DNA from: Malacoraja senta
Lineage: Eukaryota
DNA: 64,000 nt
Direction: 5' to 3'
Assembly: GCA_038087875.1 (NCBI GenBank)
Contig: CM075993.1
Coordinates: forward strand, 2,916,001-2,980,000
Below the pieces are notes generated by a model. It did no database searches. It saw only the letters and a list, made by a program, of their open reading frames with translations, and was not told the DNA's origin. A program made the translations under genes and the position numbers. Shown in pieces: positions 1-13,046 of the stretch. Position 1 is the stretch's first letter. Each line of letters opens with the position of its first letter.

Positions 1-129
1 AAAGTGCCAGGGACGTTGTCAAGACAACATGCTCTGCTTTTAGCGTAGGAAGGAACTGCAGATGCTGGTTTACACCGAAAATAGACACAAAATGCTGGAG
101 TAATTAATGAGGAAAAATATTCTGAGGAA

Positions 130-556
130 AACCTATGAGAAACATTTACGAGGATGTTGCCAGAACTAGAGGGTGTGAGCTACAGGGAGAGGTTGAGCAG
201 GCTGGGTCTCGATTCCCTGGAGCGCAGGAGGATGAGGGGTGATCTTATAGAGGTGTACAAAATCAGGAGAGGAATAGATCGGGTAGACGCACAGAGGCTC
301 TTGCCCGGAGTAGGGGAATCGAGGACCAGAGGACACAGGTTTTAGGTGAAGGGGAAAAGATTTAATAGGAATCTGAGGGTTAACTTTTTCACACAAAGGG
401 TGGTGGGTGTATGGAACAAGCTGCCAGAGGAGGTAGTTGAGGCTGGGACTATTCCAACAGTTAAGAAACAGTTAGACAGGTACATGGATAGGACGGGTTT
501 GGAGGGATATGGACCAAACGCAGGCAGGTGGGACTAGTGTAGCTGGGATATGTTGG
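130..556 (+). mobile_element. CR1/HER1-like LINE 3' fragment
   Basis: Translates as CR1 ORF2 C-terminus (SYRERLSRLGL...RMRGDLIEVYKI...FFTQRVVGVWNKLP) followed by a 3' UTR; the shared tail continues to ~615. Confidence 0.85.
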
Positions 557-1652
557 CCGGTGTGGGCAAGTTGGGCCGAAGGGCCCGTTTCCTCACTGTG
601 CCACTGTATGACTCTACACAAGATGCTTTCCGAGTCAAAGACAGACAAAGTGAATTACAAAGTCCACGGTGAAACGTGGGCAACTCAATTAAAAAACAGC
701 GTGAAGCGGAGTGTAAACAGGTCATCGCCAGCATAGTCCACAAACCCTAGCTCATCATCTCTGTGCAAACATTTACATTTCGGCTCGATTACCCTTTGCT
801 TAAATAATCTTGATGAAGGAGCAGATTCACAAGGGCTCACGACTAGCATAACAGGGATGGCTTGTGGTGCCCAGCATCTGTTCCCCTTGTTTGAGGTGCT
901 GTAACCTTCACACTTTGATAACAGATTATTGCACTGGATGACAGAAGCCTCCTCGTGGCGATCCCTGGAAGCGATGGCGCGATGCACACTGCGACGCGTC
1001 GGGCGACAATTCTGTCCACGTCGGACGAGGACAGAAGCCGACAGCGAGCTGCATCGTCTGACACGCGAGCGAACAATCGCTCTGGGTCTAGAGGGCAGCT
1101 CTTTGAACCAAAGTCTTCATTCACAGATGTGTGAGAAGGAACTGCAGATGCCGATTTCAACCGACAGACTGCTGGAGGAACTCAGCGGGATAGGCAGCAT
1201 CTCTGGAGAGAAGGAATGGGTCAAGATGGGACTTGACCCGAAACTTCTCTCCAGAGTCTTCCCTCGCAGGTACCTTGTTCCCAGATCTATCACCAGAACC
1301 AAAGTCGCTCGAGTCCCACCCGGCTCTGCCGACCAAATAGAAATATTTATCATTCACTTCCAGCCCTACTTAACGCCCATCTGTTCTCTAATTGTTCTCC
1401 ACTGTGGAAACAGCAGCGTGCAGTTACAGTAGTTAGTGGAGTTTGGCACTGATCAACATGTAGGAAGGAACTGCAGATGCTGATTTACACCGAAGATGGA
1501 CACAAAATGCTGGAGTAACTCAGCGGGACAGGCAGCATCTCTGGAGAGAAGGAATGGGTGACGTTTTGGGACACAGAATCTCTTGCCCAGAGCAGGGGAA
1601 TCGAGGACCAGAGGGCATAGGTTTAAGGTGAAGGGGAAAAGATGTAATGGGT

Positions 1653-1866
1653 TTGTGGAATTCTCTGCCTCAGAGGGCGGTGGAGGCAGGTTCTCTGGAT
1701 GCTTTCAAGAGAGAGCTAGATAGGGCTCTTAAAAATAGCGGAGTCAGGGGATATGGGAAGAAGGCAGGAACGGGGTACTGATTGGGGATGATCAGCCATG
1801 ATCACATTGAATGGCGGTGCTAGCTCGAAGGGCCGAATGGCCTACTCCTGCACCTATTGTCTATTG
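1653..1866 (+). mobile_element. CR1-like LINE 3' end (second subfamily) nested in another CR1 fragment
   Basis: Ends in a (CTATTGT)n tail; interrupts the CR1 fragment running 1573-2410. Confidence 0.75.
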
Positions 1867-1989
1867 TATCTGAGGGGTAACTTTCTTACACAAAAGGTGG
1901 TGAATGTATGGAACAAGCTGTCAGAAGAGGTAGTTGAGGCAGGGACTATCCTAACGCTTAAGAAACAGTCAGGCAGGTACATGGATAGG

Positions 1990-2285
1990 TACACAAAAAT
2001 GCTGGAGAAACTCAGCGGGTGCAGCAGCATCTATGGAGCGAAGGAAATAGGCAACGTTTTGGGCCGAAACCCTTCTTCTATGGAGCGAAGGAAATAGGCA
2101 ACGTTTCGGGCCGAAACCCTTCTTCTATGGAGCGAAGGAAATAGGCAACGTTTCGGGCCGAAACCCTTTTTCAGACGAAACGTTGCCTATTTCCTTCGCT
2201 CCATAGATGCTGCTGCACCCGCTGAGTTTCTCCAGCATTTTTGTGTACCTTCGATTTTCCAGCATCTGCAGTTCCTTCTTTAACA
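1990..2285. mobile_element. Penelope-derived fold-back element with 3 tandem 47-bp units
   Basis: Inverted arms around tandem units; flanked by the 16-bp direct repeat caggtacatggatagg (1974-1989 and 2286-2301). Confidence 0.7.
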
Positions 2286-4637
2286 CAGGTACATGGATAG
2301 GACAGGTTTGGAGGGATATGGACCAAACGCGGGCAGGTGGGACTAGTGTAGTTGGGACAAGTTGGCCGGCGTGGGCAAGTTGGGCCGAAGGACCCATTTC
2401 CACGCTGTATCACCCTCGGACTAACACGTCACCTATTTCCTTCGCTCCATAGATGCTGCCTCACCCGCTGAGTTTCTCCAGCATTTTTGTCTACCTTCGA
2501 TTTTTCCAGCAACAGCAGTTCCCTCTTAAACACGACTAAAAGTTGTAATTCTGGTTTTAAACGGTTCTGCTCTCTGCCCCTGTAACAGCCACTCTTGCAC
2601 AAATCCCATTTTTCTGTAAATAACAAAGGCTCAAACCTAAAATTTCCGCATTACCAGTTTGAGCCCTTGGCTTCTTGTGAGATTTTATTCCAAGCAATTT
2701 GGAGGATTTAGCTTTCCCAGTAACATTAACTGTTTTATATGCATGAGGATTATTATTTGTTTTTTTTTTTGAAAAGCAGCAAGTTGTGACAGAAGTTGTG
2801 GTTGAGGCAAATTCAATGAATTAGATAAATACTGCAAGAGGGGAAAGTGGTCGGGGCTCTGAGGAGAGACTTGGGTGGGTGATTAATTGGAAGAATCTTT
2901 CACACTGTGAGTGGATGAACAACAGGCCAAGTGGCTTCCTGCATTTTAATTCCATGATAATAGAGGCATGGAGCTTAATGTTATCTTTCAATATTTTTGA
3001 GAAAGGGCAATTTAAAAAATGGCAATGCTACAAGATTAATAACCTGTATTTTGTATCTCCGCTGCATTGTACAATGTTGGCGAGACACTTGAAGTTCAGT
3101 TTTTGTCAGAAAGGAGAACCAGATTTTAATTTGAACCAACTTGCACTTAATATTGTGTAAGAAGGAACTGCAGCTGCTGGTTTAAACCAAAGATAGACAC
3201 AAAAAGCAGGAGTATCTCAACGGGACAGGCAACCATCAGGCTATTAGACTTGCCAACAAACAGACTCTGAACTGCAACAGCTTTAACTGCTTATTTATGT
3301 GTAAATTGAACTGAACTGATCCGTATTTATGCCCACAATATTCTGTTGTGCTGCAGCAAAGCAAGAATTTCATTGTCCTATCTGGGACACATGACAATAA
3401 ACTCTCTTGACCTGACCCTGGAGAGAAGGAACGGGTGACGTTTCGGGCCGAGGCCCTTCATCGGATATGGACAAAGATGCGGAGAGATAAACCTGCACGT
3501 CTTTGGAGTGCGGGAGGCAACCGAAGATTTCGGAGGAAACCCACGCAGGTCGCGGGGAGAGCGGGCAAACTCCGTACAAGCAGCACCCGTAGGCGGGATC
3601 GAACCCGGGTCTCCGGCGCTGCGCCACCCTGCTGCCCATTTCTTGATTTAAATCTCCAAACGGCCAAGATTACTGGTGTGAAGAGAGGGAGATGATGAAC
3701 CCAGTCACGTGGAATTCCTTCAAGTCAGCGGACAGATGTCAACCCATTTACAGCTGATTTAGCAAACACCCATTTCACATCAACACGTTAACATTTATGC
3801 TGTTAAGTATGACATGAATCATACTCTATTGGTAACATCCAAGGTGAACAAATCACTGTGCTAACTACATCTTAGGCAGTCCCTGGGGATCAAGGCTAAC
3901 TTGCTTCCTCTCTGGTTTTGTGGGATTGTGGCATGCGATGATAGGAATCTGGGATAAACTGGGCAGGTAATAAGACAGAGACAACCTCTCCTCCTGCCAT
4001 TTACACACTGTTTCTCCTGCTCCACAGAGTGATACAGTGTGGAAACTCGACCTTCAGCCCAAATTGCCCACAACGGCCAACATGTCCCAGCTACACTGAT
4101 CACCACATGCACTCCTGATCCACTCCGATTCTGCTGCCTGGATAGCAAGCAACAAAAGCTTTTCAATGTAGCTCACAAGTTAGGCCATTCGGTCCACTCC
4201 GCCATTCAATCATGGCTGATCTCTGCCTAACAATCCCATTTTCCTGCCTTCTCCCCATAACCCTTGACACCCATTCTAATCAAGAATATTTTTATCTCTG
4301 CCTTTTTAAAAATATCGAGACTTGGCCTCTACAACCCTCTGTGGCAATGAGTTCCACAGATTAACTACCCTCTGACTAAAGAAGTTCCTCCTCACCTCCT
4401 TTCTAAAAGAGCGGCCTTTAATTCTGAGGCTGTGACCTCTGGTCCTAGACTCTCCCACCAGTGGAAACATCCTCTCCACATCCACTCTATCTATGCCGAT
4501 CACTGTCTTCACAATATCATGTCTTTTGAAGCATTTCTTGGGCCAGCTACAGTATGTTAAAGAGTTTGTGTCAGAGCTTTCATCAAGAGAAGCATCTTGC
4601 AAGGGCTGGAGGTTCGGTGACTACTGCAGACTGATAC

Positions 4638-5158
4638 GTGGCACTGTGGCGCAGCGGTAGAGTTGCTGCCTCACGGTGCCAGAGACCCGCGTTCGATCCT
4701 CACCACCGGTGCTGCCTGTACAGAGTTTGCACGTTCTCCCCGGGTTTTCTCTGGGAAGCTCCGGTTTCCTCCCACTCTCCAAAGACGTACAAATTTGTAA
4801 GTAAAGGGCCTGTCCCACTTGCCGATTTTTTTTCGCCGACTGCCGGCGTCACATCAGGGTCGCCAAAAGATTTTGAACATTTCGAAATCCAGCAGCGACA
4901 AAAAAAATGTCCCGACACTTGAAAAAAACTAGTCACCACCACGACACACCGCAAATTTTTCGGTGACTTGATACGTCAGTCAATGATGCCAGCAGTCGCC
5001 GAAGAAAAACGCCAAGTGGGACAGGCCCTTAAATTGGCTTGGTAGAATAGTAAATTGTCCCCAGTGTGTGTAGGATAGCGGTTAGTGTGCGGGGATGTCT
5101 GGTCGGCACGGGCTCGGTGGGACGAAGGGCCTGATTCCGCGCTGTATCTCTGAACTAA
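4638..5158 (+). mobile_element. tRNA-derived V-SINE (HE1-like) interrupted by a MITE
   Basis: A box (tggcgcagcgg), B box (gttcgatcc), central domain and CR1-like tail. Confidence 0.75.
4805..5029. mobile_element. PIF/Harbinger-like MITE
   Basis: TIR AGGGCCTGTCCCACTTG...CAAGTGGGACAGGCCCT with TAA on both sides. Confidence 0.8.
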
Positions 5159-5442
5159 GGTAAATGTCAAAATAATGCAGCATTGGAAGGGCGAGGAGAA
5201 ATTCTTTGATGTGGCAAGATGCCATGATCAGAAACATTCTGGCTACATGGGTGATGGGAACAGATTCAATAACACGCCTTAAAAGGAGGTGAATAAATAT
5301 TTGAAATGCAAAAATCTGAAGGCTATGTGGAAAGAACTGAGTGGAACTAATTGGCTAGCTTCTTCAAACAGTCAACACTGGAGCAGAGTATCGAACAGCC
5401 TGCATCTAAACTGAGTGATACTGCAGGCAGATTATACCAAAG

Positions 5443-5875
5443 AGGGAGTGAGCTATAGGGAGAGGTTGAGCAGGCTGGGTCTCTATTCCTTGGCGTGCAG
5501 GAGGATGAGGGGTGATCTTATAGAGGTGTATAAAACGATGAGAGGAATAGATCGGGTAGATGCACAGAGTCTCTTGCCCAGTGTAGGGGAATCGAGGACC
5601 AGTGGACATAGGTTCAAGGTTAAGGGGAAAAGATTTAATAGGAACCCGAGGGGTAACTTTTTCACACAAAAGGTGGTGGTTGTATGGAACAAGCTGCCAG
5701 AGGAAGTAGTTGAGGCCGGGACTATACCAACGTTTAAGAAACAGTTAAACAGGGACATGGGATAGGACAGGTTTGGAGGGATATGGACCAAACGCTGGCA
5801 GATGGGACATGTTGGCCGGTGTGGGCAAGTTGGGCCGAAGGGCCCGTTTCCACGCTGTATCATTCTATGACTCTG
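5443..5875 (+). mobile_element. CR1/HER1-like LINE 3' fragment
   Basis: ORF 5415-5765 is the CR1 RT C-terminus; followed by the 3' tail. Confidence 0.85.
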
Positions 5876-6774
5876 CCGGTCAGCTTAAAGAACCACAGAC
5901 ACAAGAACTGGCGGCACAGAGGCACAGCTGTCACCTTAGAGCTCCTTAGACCCTGGTTCGATCCCGACCTCGGGTACCGTCCGCGTGGAGTTTGCACGTT
6001 CTCCTGGTGACCGAGTGGGTTTCCTCCGGGTGCTCTGGGTTCCTCCCACATACCAAAGATGTGCAGTTTATCAGGTTAATTGGCCTCTAAAGAGGAGGCA
6101 AAATGGGAGAACATAGAACAGGTGATCGAGGTCAAGCCAGTGGATATTTAAGGCAGAGATAGATAGATTCTTGATTAGTACGGGTGTGAGGGGTTATGGG
6201 GAGAAGGCAGGAGAATGGGGTAAGAAGATAGCTCAGCCATGAGTGAATGGCGGAATAGACTTGATGGGCAAAATGGCCTAATTCTTCTCCTATCACTTAT
6301 GTCCTCGTGTTCCAACTGTTTGGCTGCTTTATACAATTAAGGATGGACAACACGTATTAATATGAAACATTCTACTCACATTAGTCCTTGGCTTCTTTTA
6401 TATTCAATAATCTGACATTATTTATTGCGCTCTCCCTAAACCTATTAAGAGTTTAAAATGCTGGCCCTTCGATCAAGTTGAAATACGACAGATTTTCCTC
6501 TTTTTTTTGTGTCCAAATCTTGGATAGAGATTCATTTTTGTATTTTCTCTAATTGCAGATTTAAATTATTAGCATCCTGCGTGGCAGGTACATTTATAAG
6601 TTACCAGCATGTAAAGCTTAAAAAAAATAATATTTAAAAGTTATTTAGTTTTCGAGATACGGTGTGGAAACAGGCCCTTCGGCCCATCAAGTCCATACCA
6701 ATCATCGACCACCTGTACACTTGTTCCACTTTTGCATCTTAAAACACCAGGGGCAATTTACAGAAGCCAATTAA

Positions 6775-7056
6775 AGGGCCCGTCCCATTTTCCCGAGCTG
6801 CTCACGAATTCTCCCGAGCTTTCCCCTCGATTCAAACTCGGAGAATGTCCGTAGCAAGGCTGTAGGTATATCGTAGCGGCTCGCTATGTCAGCCGTAGGT
6901 ACTCGGGGCATCAGGTAAGTCGGGACTTTTATTCCAGCGTGACAAAAAAATGTCCACAATTAAAAAGATAGTCGGGAGGAGAAAAATTGCAACATTTAAT
7001 GCCCCGAGTACTGACGGCTGACATAACGAGCCGCTCGGGAAAGTGGGACAGGCCCT
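6775..7056. mobile_element. PIF/Harbinger-like MITE
   Basis: AGGGCCCGTCCCA...TGGGACAGGCCCT with TAA TSD, inside a SINE motif (ccaatTAActtgc). Confidence 0.8.
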
Positions 7057-7707
7057 TAACTTGCAAAGCTGCACGAGTTTGGAATGGGAGGAATGACTGG
7101 TGTGGGAATTCTGTCGGCTGCTTTCCCAAGGCAATGGCAAAGTGTGGATGGAGTCAAGGGTGGGGAGGCTGGTCTGTGCGATGGACTTGGCTACAACCAC
7201 AACGTCTTAGAATCTCATCGACATCGCCCCATATCCTGACTGTTCATTGTCGACTGTTTGGGGATTTCCTGAGAAGGTGCTATAAAAATGCAAAGCCTTC
7301 TCTAGTTTTAGCTTTAAGAAGATTTGGAAATACAGCGTGGGAACAGGCCCTTTGGCCCACCGAGTCTGAACTGACCAGCAATCCCCACGCTTTAATGCTA
7401 TCTTACACATACTAGGGACAATGTTTTGCACTTGCAGATTAACCTGGGAGATTGCAACCTTCATGTGGTCCACCCTGTTTCAACTACTAATGCTTTTAAA
7501 CCGACGTGCACAAACACGATCAAATAGAACAAGTTGACCACGCTGTGCACGCCATACGCAAGAAGAAGAACCTGCCAAACCTGCACGTCTTTGGAGCGTG
7601 GGAGAAAACCGAAGACCTCGGAGGAAACCCACGCAGGTCACGGGGAGAACGTACCAGATCCCGTGGTTGGGATCGAACCCGGGTCCCTAGCGCTGCAAAC
7701 GCTGTTA

Positions 7708-8026
7708 TGAGCCCATCCCACTTACGCGACCATTTCGGCGACTGCGGACACCCGTCATAGTCGCAGCAGGTCTCCGAAAACTTTCAACAGGTTGAAAATC
7801 CAGCAGCGACCAGAAGAAGGTACGACTCTTTGGGCGACTACTCACGACCATACAGGCATCACCCCGCGACATGTCGCCTGTATGGCCGTGAGTCGTCTCC
7901 TTTGTCGCCCAAAGAGGCGTAGCGTCTTTCTGGTCGCCGCTGGATTTTCAACATGTTGAACATTTTCGCCGACCTACGACGGGTGCCGGCAGTCGCCGAA
8001 AAAGTCGCGTAAGTGGGACAGCCCCA
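7708..8026. mobile_element. PIF/Harbinger-like MITE
   Basis: TIR ...TCCCACTTACGCGAC / GTCGCGTAAGTGGGA...; TTA/TAA flanks; splits a SINE at gctgTAAggcagc. Confidence 0.75.
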
Positions 8027-9347
8027 TAAGGCAGCAACTACTGTGCCACCCCTTCTTGCAGCCTCCTCCCTGGGGTAACCCGTCTCAAACCAACCGCATA
8101 TTTGATGCTCTCACAGATACTGATCGTTAAATTATTATACACTTCAATGGATCTGAAACATTGATTTAAAAAAAGGAAGATCCATAAATACACACACAGT
8201 ATCAATGCTGGCTGGACCACCACCGAACCAGTGACGAATATATGCAGATGTTAGTTTTCATGCATGTTTGGTGCAGGGGGTAAAAAAATGAACTAAAATT
8301 CATTTCTATGCAAATCTAGCAATGCTCGCATTGCTTGCTGCCAAGATTAAACCTATTGGAATCTAATGAACTTTACAGCAAATCCTATTTCAATTAAAAA
8401 GCATCAATTAGTCTAGCATTATTCAAAATATATGGATGAATATTCATTCACTTATTAATGGTCTTCCAGACTTTGAATTGGATTTAGAGGGCCGTTAAAA
8501 AGAGAAAGAGAGAAAGAGTTGGCAGGGAAGGAGGTGGTGGTGGGTGGTGGGGGGCGGGGGGAGGGAATGGTGGGCATTGAGGAGGGGAAGATATTGCTGG
8601 TTTACAAGTGACACAATATTAATGGAACCAACCTGGTGAACACACAATGGTTTTTGTTTTTTAAATGAATTATGTGGAGATCTATGGTGGACACAAAAAT
8701 CTGGAGTAGCTCAGTGGGACAGGCAGCATCTCTGGAGAGAAGGAACGGGTGATGTTTCGGGTCGAGACCCTTCTTCAATGAATGTACAGCTCAGTCAAGA
8801 CCACCGTGAGTGGCAGTAAATGGACATGATCGCTACCGGGATCAGATGAGATAATTTGGACTAAGATGGGCAAAGTACCTCTTGACTGATGGACAATAGG
8901 ACTCGCACCAAGGGCACAGTGCACAGCAGAAAGGAATGGGTTAATAAAAGCTGGGGAGGACATTCCTTGCTGGACACAAAGCTGGAGCAACTCAGCGGGA
9001 CAGGCAACATCGCTGGAGAGAAGGAACGGGCGACGTTTCGGGTCGAGACCCTTCTTCAGACTGGTTCAGTCCATAACTAGCCTGAAGAAAGGTCTCGTCC
9101 CGGCCATTTCACAAAAAACACGACAAATTTACATTTTACATTGAGAAGGATGACAGAGTTTAAAAAAAATAATAAACCATCCTTGTTCCATCGTGAATGG
9201 AAACAAAGATTAAGCAGAAATGAAATTAGTAAATAATTGATGTAAACGTCAGATTTTCCACAGTAACTCAATCCAATTCAGACATGAGAAATCTGCACGC
9301 AAGTCCTTGCCAGCCAAAGCCAAGATGCCAGGTTCTGTACCTGTTCT

Positions 9348-9637
9348 AGAGTCATCGGGTGATACAGCATGGAAACAGGCCCTTCGGCCCAACTTGCCCA
9401 CACCAGCCAACATGTCCCAGCTACACTAGTCCCACCTGCCTGCGTTTGGTCCATATCCCTCCAAACCCGTCCTATCCATATACCTGTCCAACTGTTTCTT
9501 AACCTTTGGGATAGTCCCAGCCTCAACTACCTCCTCTGGCAGCTTGTTCCATACCCCCACCACCCTTTGTGTGAAAAAGTTACCCCTCACATTCCTATTA
9601 AATCTTTTCCCCTTCACCTTGAACCTATGTCCTCGAT
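9348..9637 (-). mobile_element. CR1/HER1-like LINE 3' fragment
   Basis: Minus-strand ORF RGHRFKVKGKRFNRNVRGNFFTQRVVGVWNKLP. Confidence 0.85.
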
Positions 9638-10329
9638 TCACCTGCGTACCACACACCTACCACCCTTTGTGTGAAAAAATCAATTCATTTTTTCTAGAGA
9701 TGCCGCCTGTCCCACTGAGCTACTCCACCATTGTGTGTGTCTATGTTCCGTGTAAACCTACTCATTTTGTTTGCTCCACTGTGAGATCTCCTCAGGTCTC
9801 TTTGAAGTCTACTTTGAAGATCTTCTCTCTCCAATGGGAGTTCTGCCACACCCTCAACAGTGCCAGCTCTAATTTGTTCAGAACTTCTTCCATACCTCTC
9901 CTATCCCTCTCCCCCGACTCTCAATTTGACGAAGGGGGCTTGACCCAAAATGTCTGTTCCTTTTCTCCAGATATCCTGCATGTCCCACTGAGTTACTCCA
10001 GCATTTTGGGTCTAGTTCAGGCAGGATCGCGTGGGGTCCTTTGTGTACGAGCCACCATCTCCAATTTAGAGATACAGCGTGGAATGAGGCCCTTCAGCCT
10101 ATCGAGTCCAAACCGACCAGCGATCCCCGCACATTAACATTTTACAATTATATCGAGCCAATCAACCTACAAACCGGCACGTGTTTGGTGTGTGGGAGGA
10201 AACCGGAGCACCCGGCAACTTTACCGCTGCGCCACCGTGCCGCCCACTAATTCTTTGTTTCTGCAGATAAACGGCTGAAACAAGAAACTCCACAGATACT
10301 GGTTTATACACAAAAGGGCCTCAATTGCA

Positions 10330-10846
10330 CTCCATAGAGGGAGTGCAGAGAAGGTTCACCAGACTGATTCCTGGGATGTCAGGACTTTCATATGAAGAAA
10401 GACTGGATAGACTTGGCTTATACTCGCTAGAATTTAAGAGATTGAGAGGGGATCTTATAGAAACGTACAAAATTCTTATGGGGTTGGACAGGCTAGATGC
10501 AGGAAGATTGTTCCCGATGTTGGGGAAGTCCAGGACAAGGGGTCACAGCTTAAGGATAAGGGGGAAATCGTTTAAGACCGAGATGAGAAAAAACTTTTTC
10601 ACACAGAGAGTGGTGAATCTGTGGAACTCTCTGCCACAGAGGGTAGTTGAGGCCAGTTCATTGGCTATATTTAAGAGGGAGTTAGATGTGGCCCTTGTGG
10701 CTAAAGGGATCAGGGGGTATGGAGAGAAGGCAGGTACGGGATACTGAGTTGGATGATCAGCCATGATCATATTGAATGGCGGTGCAGGCTCGAAGGGCCG
10801 AATGGCCTACTCCTGCACCTATTTTCTATGTATCTATATTTCTATG
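10330..10846 (+). mobile_element. CR1 LINE 3' fragment (young subfamily)
   Basis: Uninterrupted 140-aa ORF2 C-terminus; near-identical to copies at 19365-19725, 38815-39335 and 61620-62210. Confidence 0.9.
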
Positions 10847-11571
10847 TAATTGCTCGAGCCAACCAGCAGTTCAGGCACCATCCCTGGAGGACATGGAAGG
10901 GCTCAGTTCAGAGATGCAGTGCGGAAAGTGCTAAATAAGACAACTGTTGAACAAGTTTCCAGGGTTATGGCCAACTCCAAATTATTTTTTTTGTTTTAAA
11001 TCCACTGGCAATTTAGATACCATAAATTATTCATAAATGAAAAATGCATAATCCATTTATTAAAATCAAGGGAAATATGGGCAAATGGGGGTGGGTGGGG
11101 AGGGGTGGGGAGGGGGGGGGTGGGGGGGGGGATGGAGGACAAGGGTAATTACACTGCCAAGTTGCCAGAATTGTATCTGAGGACTGCTTGGCAGGGAGAC
11201 CAAATTAATATGCGTTGAGCATTGCAAGTTAATGATAATTCCGTAAATTAAAATGAGGGTCGGAAGGAGACACTGAGCTGACAACACGAGGTAACTTAAT
11301 TAATATGCATAGTTCATTATGCCTCAGCTCCCCAGTTCTCCGTCTCAATCGAGCAATGAGAGCCTTAAAACTTTAGTCGTAGACCCCTGGAAATGCTCAT
11401 AATGAGCAAGGCATCTGACGACTTCAATCAGTTCAAAACCATGGCCCTAATTATCACCATAACCCCAATCTGAACTTTCCACTGCATCTTGGAAGGCAAC
11501 TTGGAAATATTCATTCCCCCGTCCTAATCTCAAGCTCTGCATGTGGATCATAAAGGCTGACAATTAAATAA

Positions 11572-11976
11572 TATATACATACATAAATACACACATATAT
11601 GTATATATACATATACATATATGTATGTATATATACATATATGTATGTATACATATATATATACACATATATACATATATATATACACATATACATATAT
11701 ATATACACATATATACATATATATACACACATATATACATATATATACACACATATATACATATATATATACACATATATACATATATATATACACATAT
11801 ATACATATATATATACACATATATACATATATATACACACATATATACATATATATATACACATATATACATGTATATACATACATATACACACACATAT
11901 ATATACACATATATATATACACACACATATATATACACATATATATATACACACACACATATATATACACATATAC

Positions 11977-12007
<31 letters not shown>

Positions 12008-12012
12008 TATAC
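11572..12012. repeat. Compound (TA)n/(CA)n microsatellite
   Basis: About 440 bp of TATATACACA-type units. Confidence 0.95.
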
Positions 12013-12322
12013 ACTCACGCAGCAACTAAACTCATGACTAAAGAATTTAAACTGATCTTTGCTGTCCAACCTCTTCCCAGAGACACTTTTTTCAGACGAT
12101 AGTCCTCGATGGAGAAAATGTTGGTTTGATGAACTGTGAAATAAAGCATGCTTTCACTGCTCATTAATACTGCCACACCTACAGCCCCCGACTCTGTCTA
12201 AAGAAGGGTTTCAACCCAAAACCTCACCTATTCCTTCTCTCCAGAGATGCTGCCTGTCCCGCTGGGTTACTCCAGCATTTTGTGTTTATCTTAGATTTAA
12301 ACCAGCATCTGCAGTTCCTTTC

Positions 12323-13046
12323 TACACATATATACAACACACATATATACAACACACATATATACATATATAAATATATATGTGTATCCCCACCCCCCCC
12401 CACACACACACACCCACCCCCCACACACACACCCACCCCCCCACACACACACCCAGCCCCCACACACACACCCACCCCCCCCACACACACACCCACCCCC
12501 CCCACACACACACCCACCCCCCCCCCACACACACACCCACCCCCCCCACACACACACACCCACCCCCCCACACACCCCCCCACCCACCCCCCCACACACA
12601 CCCCCCCACCCACCCCCCCACACACACCCACCCCCACACCCCCCACCCACCCCCCCACACACACCCACCCCCACACCCCCCCCCACACCCCCCCCCCACA
12701 CCCCCCCCCCACACACCCCCCCCCCACACACCCCCCCCCACACACCCCCCCCCACACACCCCCCCCCCACACACCCCCCCCCACACACCCCCCCCCACAC
12801 ACCCCCCCCCACACACCCCCCCCCACACACCCCCCCCCACACACCCCCCCCACACACACACCCCCCACACACACACATATATACATACACATATACACAC
12901 ATATATACACACATATATACATACACATATACATACACATATACATACACATACATACACATACATACACATACATACACATACATACACATATATACAC
13001 ATATACACACATACATACACATACACATATACATACACATACACAT
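12323..13046. repeat. C-rich (CCCCCCACACA)n tract flanked by (TACA)n
   Basis: Direct reading; the minus strand is G/GT-rich. Confidence 0.95.
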
